A DNA stretch of 64,000 nt, taken from contig OY782781.1 in the NCBI GenBank assembly GCA_963678315.1, positions 640,001 to 704,000 on the forward strand, read 5' to 3'. The translations under genes were made by a program, and so were the position numbers. The DNA comes from Candidatus Cloacimonadales bacterium. GTDB taxonomy: Bacteria; Cloacimonadota; Cloacimonadia; Cloacimonadales; JAFGVF01. A model generated the notes under the pieces. The model was not told the DNA's origin and searched no databases. It saw only the letters and a program-made list of their open reading frames with translations. Positions 58,898 to 64,000 of this stretch are shown one piece after another (the stretch's first letter is position 1; each line of letters starts with the position of its first letter).

Positions 58898-59205
58898 TGG
58901 AGTGTAAGCATCCACCGCTAGGTTGAAGTGTAAGGAACTTCATGCTTACGCAAACTGTAGAGACGTTCGGAAGAACGTCTCAATCGCAAGCTAGAAGCTT
59001 ACAACCCTTTCTTCTGGGGTGCATTCATCCTTGAATGCGCATCTTTAAACATGCTCGCATGGTTAAAGAGAAGATACTTTAACATCATTCTTAATGAATG
59101 ATGTTTCGCAAGCAGGGACCGTGACAGGCGAAGACTGTTGCTTGCAACCCAAAAACCACTTCGCAAGCAGGGTTGCTTGCAACCCAAACTGTTGCTTGTA
59201 ACCCA
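58898..59205. repeat. Intergenic hairpin mosaic (cluster J)
   Basis: ggagtgtaagcat..; GTAG-REP 58957-58981; block ~59016-59138 repeats ~54607-54731; repeated gttgcttg(c/t)aaccc. Confidence 0.85.
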
Positions 59206-59227
59206 AAAAGAATTCCATAAAAAAATA

Positions 59228-59261
59228 AAAAAAGTGAAGGAAAAAGAGAGGGGAGAAGTCT
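59228..59261 (+). promoter_or_regulatory. Putative ECF-dependent promoter
   Basis: AAAAAAGTGAAGGA-N16-GTCT, identical in motif and spacing to the site upstream of the ECF sigma gene. Confidence 0.7.
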
Positions 59262-59292
59262 TAACCAATAGAAAACCAAAAGGAGTTGTAAA

Positions 59293-59739
59293 ATGAAAAG
59301 GTTTATTACAATATTACTCATGTTAACAGCAGTGTTTATGTTAGTTTCACAAGATATAAGAGATAATAATATGAAACCAAATAATGATACACAAAGACCT
59401 GAGATGGGGAAGAGGGAACAAGAATTTGAGGGTGATATTAATGAGAAAATAGACAATATAATGGCTACGTATGTAAGGGAATTGAAATTAACCGGAGAGC
59501 AATATGAAGTAATAAGAGCTATTGTTGTAGAAAAGATGGAATATTTCAAAGATAATAAGCCAGAAGAAAATGAATCTAGAACAGATTTTCGTAAAAAAAT
59601 GGATCAACTAAAAAAGGCTAATGAGAAATTCAATCAAAGAATCTGTGATGAGCTAAGCTCAGACCAACAAAAGAAATTTAAAGAACTCCAAGCTGAAAAC
59701 GATGATAAGAGAAAAGCTAGAGGACCAAGAAGAAAATAA
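59293..59739 (+). CDS. Exported helical Spy/CpxP-like protein
   Basis: Signal peptide; LKLTGEQ and LSSDQQKKF (LTxxQ-like) motifs. Confidence 0.7.
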   Translation: MKRFITILLMLTAVFMLVSQDIRDNNMKPNNDTQRPEMGKREQEFEGDINEKIDNIMATYVRELKLTGEQYEVIRAIVVEKMEYFKDNKPEENESRTDFRKKMDQLKKANEKFNQRICDELSSDQQKKFKELQAENDDKRKARGPRRK

Positions 59740-59845
59740 CGAATCCCATAAATCCAAACTAAAAGGGTTGAGTTAACCTATATTCAAGTAATCTAATTAC
59801 TAAATCAAACTCAGCCCTTTTTACTATTTTGTATAACGAGGTAAC

Positions 59846-61102
59846 ATGAAAAAATTTATTATTACACTTTTAGTTATTGCTTCAGTCGCAACAGGACTCT
59901 ACTTCTACTTTACAAAAGAAAATACAGAAGAAGAAAGCAAATATGATTTTACACAAGTTGAATATGGCAATATTGAGAATTATGTTTCTTCTACAGGGAC
60001 CTTAGAAACTGTTGGTTCTGTTGAAGTTGGTACTCAATTGTCAGGGAAGATTGAACACATCTATGTTGATTACAATGAAGAAGTTAAAGAAAATCAAATC
60101 CTAGCTCTTCTAGACACTTTACAACTACATTTAGAAGTTCAATCAGCACAGGCAGATGTAGAACAAAAAAGAGCACAACTTAGTTTGAGCAAGTTTCAAT
60201 ATGAAAACGATAAAAAGCTATATCAGCAGAGTTTTATCTCAGAATTAGCTTTAAATTCTAGTGAATCGGATTATCTTTCAAAGAAAGCTCTTCTATCATC
60301 ATCTCTAATAAAACTTGAAAAGGCTAAAATTAACCTATACAATTATGCCTACATAAGATCTCCCATTAATGGTCAGATTATAGATAAAGCTGTTGAAGAA
60401 GGACAAACTGTTTCAGCTAGTATGTCAGCTCCAACTCTCTTTGTCATAGCTGAAGATATATCTCAAATGGAAATCTATGCTTCAATAGATGAGACAGATA
60501 TTGGGAATATTCAGGAAGGACAGAAGGCAAGCTTTACAGTCGAGACTTATCCAGAAGATGAATTTGAGGCTGTTGTAAGTGAGATTAGGCTACAGCCTGA
60601 AACAATTTCTAACGTTGTAAATTACACTGTTGTTTTACAGGTAGAAAGTACTGAAGATAAGCTTCTACCAGGAATGACAGCCACCATAGAGATACTCATT
60701 AATGAGAAAAGTGATGTTTTAAAAGTAGATAATTCTGCTCTTTCAGTTAGCTTAGACCAGCAATCAATGATGGAAATAATGCAAAGAAAACGAGCAGAAA
60801 GAGAAGCTAGTGCAGATTCTACTAAGGGTGCAAGAAAAGGTCAGGGAATGGGGAGAATGGGCGGTCAACAAAAAAGAGAAATGCCTCAAGATATGAAGCT
60901 TGTTTACTATTTAAATGATGGACAATTAGACTTTATGCCTGTTAAAATAGGTGCTACAGATGGTTATCAAACCGAAATAAGTGGCAGAGATATAAGTGAA
61001 GGAATGGAATTAATTTCTAAAGTCAACACAAGCTCAAGCACAAGTTCTAAGAAGTCTACAAGTAATTCTTCAAGAAGAATGGGACCTCCAGGGTTATTCT
61101 AA
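59846..61102 (+). CDS. MacA-like periplasmic adaptor (membrane fusion protein)
   Basis: TGTLE..VEVGTQLSG, IRSPING, GQTVSAS, IDETDIG, LLPGMTA. Confidence 0.92.
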   Translation: MKKFIITLLVIASVATGLYFYFTKENTEEESKYDFTQVEYGNIENYVSSTGTLETVGSVEVGTQLSGKIEHIYVDYNEEVKENQILALLDTLQLHLEVQSAQADVEQKRAQLSLSKFQYENDKKLYQQSFISELALNSSESDYLSKKALLSSSLIKLEKAKINLYNYAYIRSPINGQIIDKAVEEGQTVSASMSAPTLFVIAEDISQMEIYASIDETDIGNIQEGQKASFTVETYPEDEFEAVVSEIRLQPETISNVVNYTVVLQVESTEDKLLPGMTATIEILINEKSDVLKVDNSALSVSLDQQSMMEIMQRKRAEREASADSTKGARKGQGMGRMGGQQKREMPQDMKLVYYLNDGQLDFMPVKIGATDGYQTEISGRDISEGMELISKVNTSSSTSSKKSTSNSSRRMGPPGLF

Positions 61103-61854
61103 TGGAAAATGTAATCGAAATGAATGGAATTAGAAAGGATTACCACATGGGTGAAATTGTGGTTTCTGCCTTGAAAGGAGTTTCTCTTTCCATTAAGAAA
61201 GGTGAATTTGTAGCAATCATGGGTGCTTCAGGTTCAGGTAAATCTACATTAATGAATATCTTAGGTTGCTTGGATGAGAAAAGCCAGGGAGAATACCTTC
61301 TGGATAATCTTGATATTGGCACGCTTACCAAAGATGATTACGCCAAGATTAGAAATGAAAAGATTGGATTTATTTTTCAAGGATTTAATCTGCTTTCAAG
61401 AACTTCTGCATTAGAAAACGTAGAGCTTCCTCTTCTATATAGTAGTACTAGTAAGAAGATTAACTCTAAGGCTAGAGCAAAAGAATGTTTAGAGATGGTT
61501 GGACTCGGAGATAGAATTGACCATGTTCCTAATCAGCTTTCGGGTGGACAACAACAAAGAGTTGCGATTGCTAGATCACTAGTTAATAAACCAGCAATTA
61601 TTTTAGCAGATGAACCTACAGGTAATTTGGATTCTAAAACATCAATAGAAATAATGGCACTGTTTCAAGAGTTAAATTCACAGGGTATTACTATTGTTTT
61701 AGTTACTCATGAAGCAGATATAGCAGAATATATCAATCGTAAAATAATTCTTAAAGATGGCAGGAAAATACTAGATAAGGTGAATGAAAAGCCTAAAAAT
61801 GCTAGAGATGACCTTGCTAACTGGAAAGAAGTTGATGATGTAAGAGAGGATTAA
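61102..61854 (+). CDS. MacB/LolD-type ABC ATP-binding protein
   Basis: [31 protein letters not shown]. Confidence 0.93.
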   Translation: MENVIEMNGIRKDYHMGEIVVSALKGVSLSIKKGEFVAIMGASGSGKSTLMNILGCLDEKSQGEYLLDNLDIGTLTKDDYAKIRNEKIGFIFQGFNLLSRTSALENVELPLLYSSTSKKINSKARAKECLEMVGLGDRIDHVPNQLSGGQQQRVAIARSLVNKPAIILADEPTGNLDSKTSIEIMALFQELNSQGITIVLVTHEADIAEYINRKIILKDGRKILDKVNEKPKNARDDLANWKEVDDVRED

Positions 61855-63078
61855 ATGAAGAGTTTTAAAATATTAAAAATAGCCTTACAGAGTATTCTCA
61901 AGAATAGAATGCGTTCTCTACTTACCTCATTAGGGATTATTATAGGTGTTTGTTCTGTAATTGTGATGGTGGCTATCGGGGAGGGTTCTCAGGCAAATAT
62001 AGAACAGAATATAGCTTCCATGGGAACAAATCTTATTATGGTTAGACGTCCTAGCTCAAGAGATAAAAATGTTAATATGGGGGCTGCCTCAAGGAATACA
62101 TTGACAACAGATGATATCGAATATTTGAAAGAGAATGCTAGTGATAATATTATTGGTGTATCAGGACAATTGAGAGTTGGTAATGCACAAATAATATATG
62201 GCACTAATAACTGGCGAACTACTGTTGAAGGTGTTGGTGAAGATTATCCAATTATCAAAAGCTGGAAAGTAGAAAATGGTAACATTTTTACCCAGAAAGA
62301 GAATAAGCTAAACAAGAAAGTTGCAGTGATTGGTTCTACTATCGCTGAAGAGTTGTTTGATTCCGAAGACCCTGTAGGAAAATCAATTAGAATTAATAAA
62401 CTTCCATTCAAAATTGTTGGAGTTCTTGAATCAAAAGGACAAAATAGTAGGGGAGATGACCAAGACGATGTAGTGCTAATTCCTACTAATACAGCTTTAA
62501 AAAAGATGTCCGGAAGTCAATATATAGGAATGATTTATATCAGTGCTAAGAGTCTTGATGTAATAGACCAAACTCAAGAAGAAGTTACTGAATTATTAAG
62601 AGCTTCTCATAAACTAAAATATGATGAAGATGATGATTTTAGTATATTTAATCAATCAGAAATAACCGAAATGGCATCTTCAACATCTCAGACCTTAACC
62701 CTTCTCTTAGGAGCAATTGCAGGAGTTTCTTTGATTGTGGGAGGAATAGGAATCATGAACATTATGCTAGTTTCTGTAACTGAAAGAACCAGAGAAATTG
62801 GTATAAGACTTTCAATAGGTGCTAGGTCTAGAGACGTATTAACCCAATTTTTAACAGAAGCACTGGTGCTGAGTTTGTCGGGAGGCATTATTGGAATTGT
62901 ATTTGCTCTTGCTATATGTTTAGCCTTGAGTAATTTTACTTCACTCACTACAGTAATTAACACAACAATAATTCTAATAGCTTTTTCATTCTCTGGATTA
63001 GTAGGGATATTCTTTGGCTATTATCCAGCTAAAAAGGCAGCTAGAATGAATCCAATAGATGCTTTAAGATATGAGTAA
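61855..63078 (+). CDS. MacB-type ABC permease
   Basis: RSLLTSLGIIIGV, GGIGIMNIMLVSVTERTREIG, PAKKAA.MNPIDALRYE. Confidence 0.93.
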   Translation: MKSFKILKIALQSILKNRMRSLLTSLGIIIGVCSVIVMVAIGEGSQANIEQNIASMGTNLIMVRRPSSRDKNVNMGAASRNTLTTDDIEYLKENASDNIIGVSGQLRVGNAQIIYGTNNWRTTVEGVGEDYPIIKSWKVENGNIFTQKENKLNKKVAVIGSTIAEELFDSEDPVGKSIRINKLPFKIVGVLESKGQNSRGDDQDDVVLIPTNTALKKMSGSQYIGMIYISAKSLDVIDQTQEEVTELLRASHKLKYDEDDDFSIFNQSEITEMASSTSQTLTLLLGAIAGVSLIVGGIGIMNIMLVSVTERTREIGIRLSIGARSRDVLTQFLTEALVLSLSGGIIGIVFALAICLALSNFTSLTTVINTTIILIAFSFSGLVGIFFGYYPAKKAARMNPIDALRYE

Positions 63079-63152
63079 TAAAGTGGGAGATATTCTGTGT
63101 AGGGCTTTATTTATTGACGTAAAATTAGCAATTTAGAAGATTGAACAATTAA

Positions 63153-63229
<77 letters not shown>

Positions 63230-63290
63230 ATTTAAGAAATAGCTTTGATTTGCGTGATTTATTGTCAAGAAAAAATAAAGAGGAGAATTT

Positions 63291-63821
63291 ATGGAACTTT
63301 ATATGAGTTTTGTAAAGAATAATGTTATTCTATCTGCCATTATTCACTTTGCTATATTAGGAACCTTTGGGGAAATAATATCTAAGTGGATGATTAATAA
63401 GAATTTTAAGTACCCATTCAACCTGAAAGATACACTTGCTAAAATGGTTATTTGGGCAATATTAGGTGTATGTATTAAATACGCTTTTAAAGGTTTTGCT
63501 CATGGCTTTGTTCCGGCATTAATGGAAGAAGGCTTCTTACCACATGCAGGTAAAGATAGCTTCTTGCTAGCTTTCTATATTTCTGCATTCATGAACTTAC
63601 AGTTCGGTCCTTTCCTTGTATTAGTTCATAGACTATTAGATAATATTGCTGCTGGAAAATCAAATTGGAAAAATATTCATAAAGGCTTATACTGCTTGCT
63701 ATGGTTCTGGATCCCTGCACATACAATAACCTTCTTGTTACCTGGTGAATTACGTATCTTGATGGCTGCTTTATGGTCATTAGTACTCGGTTTATTATTA
63801 GGTTACTTTAATAGAAAATAA
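63291..63821 (+). CDS. Mpv17/PMP22-like membrane protein
   Basis: Four hydrophobic segments; LGTFGE, WFWIPAHTITF.LP..R. Confidence 0.7.
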   Translation: MELYMSFVKNNVILSAIIHFAILGTFGEIISKWMINKNFKYPFNLKDTLAKMVIWAILGVCIKYAFKGFAHGFVPALMEEGFLPHAGKDSFLLAFYISAFMNLQFGPFLVLVHRLLDNIAAGKSNWKNIHKGLYCLLWFWIPAHTITFLLPGELRILMAALWSLVLGLLLGYFNRK

Positions 63822-63842
63822 TTAAATTTAGTTTAGAAAATT

Positions 63843-63873
63843 AAAAAGCTCACAAGATTAATTGTGAGCTTTT
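63843..63873. terminator. Bidirectional intrinsic terminator
   Basis: aaaagctcacaa-gattaa-ttgtgagctttt between convergent genes. Confidence 0.75.
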
Positions 63874-63892
63874 GTTATATATGTGTAAACTT

Positions 63893-64000
63893 CTATTGAT
63901 TAAGCCTTTCTTTCAATATATAAGAAAAGTCAGAGTACTTAAAGCCCTTTCTCATTAGATAAGCACAACACTTATCATAGACTTTCTTTGAATCCTGATT
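63893..64000 (-). CDS. 3' end of a CDS running off the window, RecX-like C-terminus
   Basis: Reads ..KKVYDKCCAYLMRKGFKYSDFSYILKERLNQ*; YLxRKGF resembles the end of RecX. Confidence 0.45.
   Translation of the reverse strand, partial: NQDSKKVYDKCCAYLMRKGFKYSDFSYILKERLNQ

Noticed and set aside
54616..59268. ORFs 54616-55149, 57385-57723, 57503-57880, 57723-57917, 58999-59268 (also 19231-19461 and 32731-32949) sharing peptides such as VFACHGPCL and RRFSKRLY
   Set aside because: The shared peptides arise from the DNA repeat modules, appear in different frames, and one ORF crosses the IS end; not a protein family.

Overview
AT-rich bacterial chromosomal window. The secreted proteins with an 'LPVxLSSF ... 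YPNPFN ... GxYF' FlgD-Ig/T9SS-like C-terminal module, together with diderm genes (kdsB, lolA, lptE), suggest Candidatus Cloacimonadota or a related FCB-group organism (inference). Most of the window is housekeeping genes: mnmG, engB, queD, ftsK, ychF, purE, def/fmt, yajC, thiD, ctpA, tmk, nadB, rimI, iscR/S/U, a GldAFG-like ABC system, a MacAB-like system, SRP RNA and tRNA-Val(GAC). Two parS sites suggest an origin-proximal location. The accessory and regulatory layer is the more interesting part. (1) A cytoplasmic TPR-array sigma54 activator sits between two paralogous secreted proteins; each has a GG-N10-GC promoter and candidate UAS, and they share a near-identical ~600-bp C-terminal cassette. 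(2) An ECF sigma/anti-sigma/Spy-like operon has a promoter motif (AAAAAAGTGAAGGA-N16-GTCT) that recurs exactly upstream of a distant Spy-like/MacAB operon. (3) About ten intergenic mosaics are built from a shuffled set of covarying REP-like hairpins, some nested inside each other and some in tandem arrays, plus a fixed-length 51-bp palindrome. (4) A complete IS21 element is inserted, with an 8-bp target duplication, into one of those hairpins.
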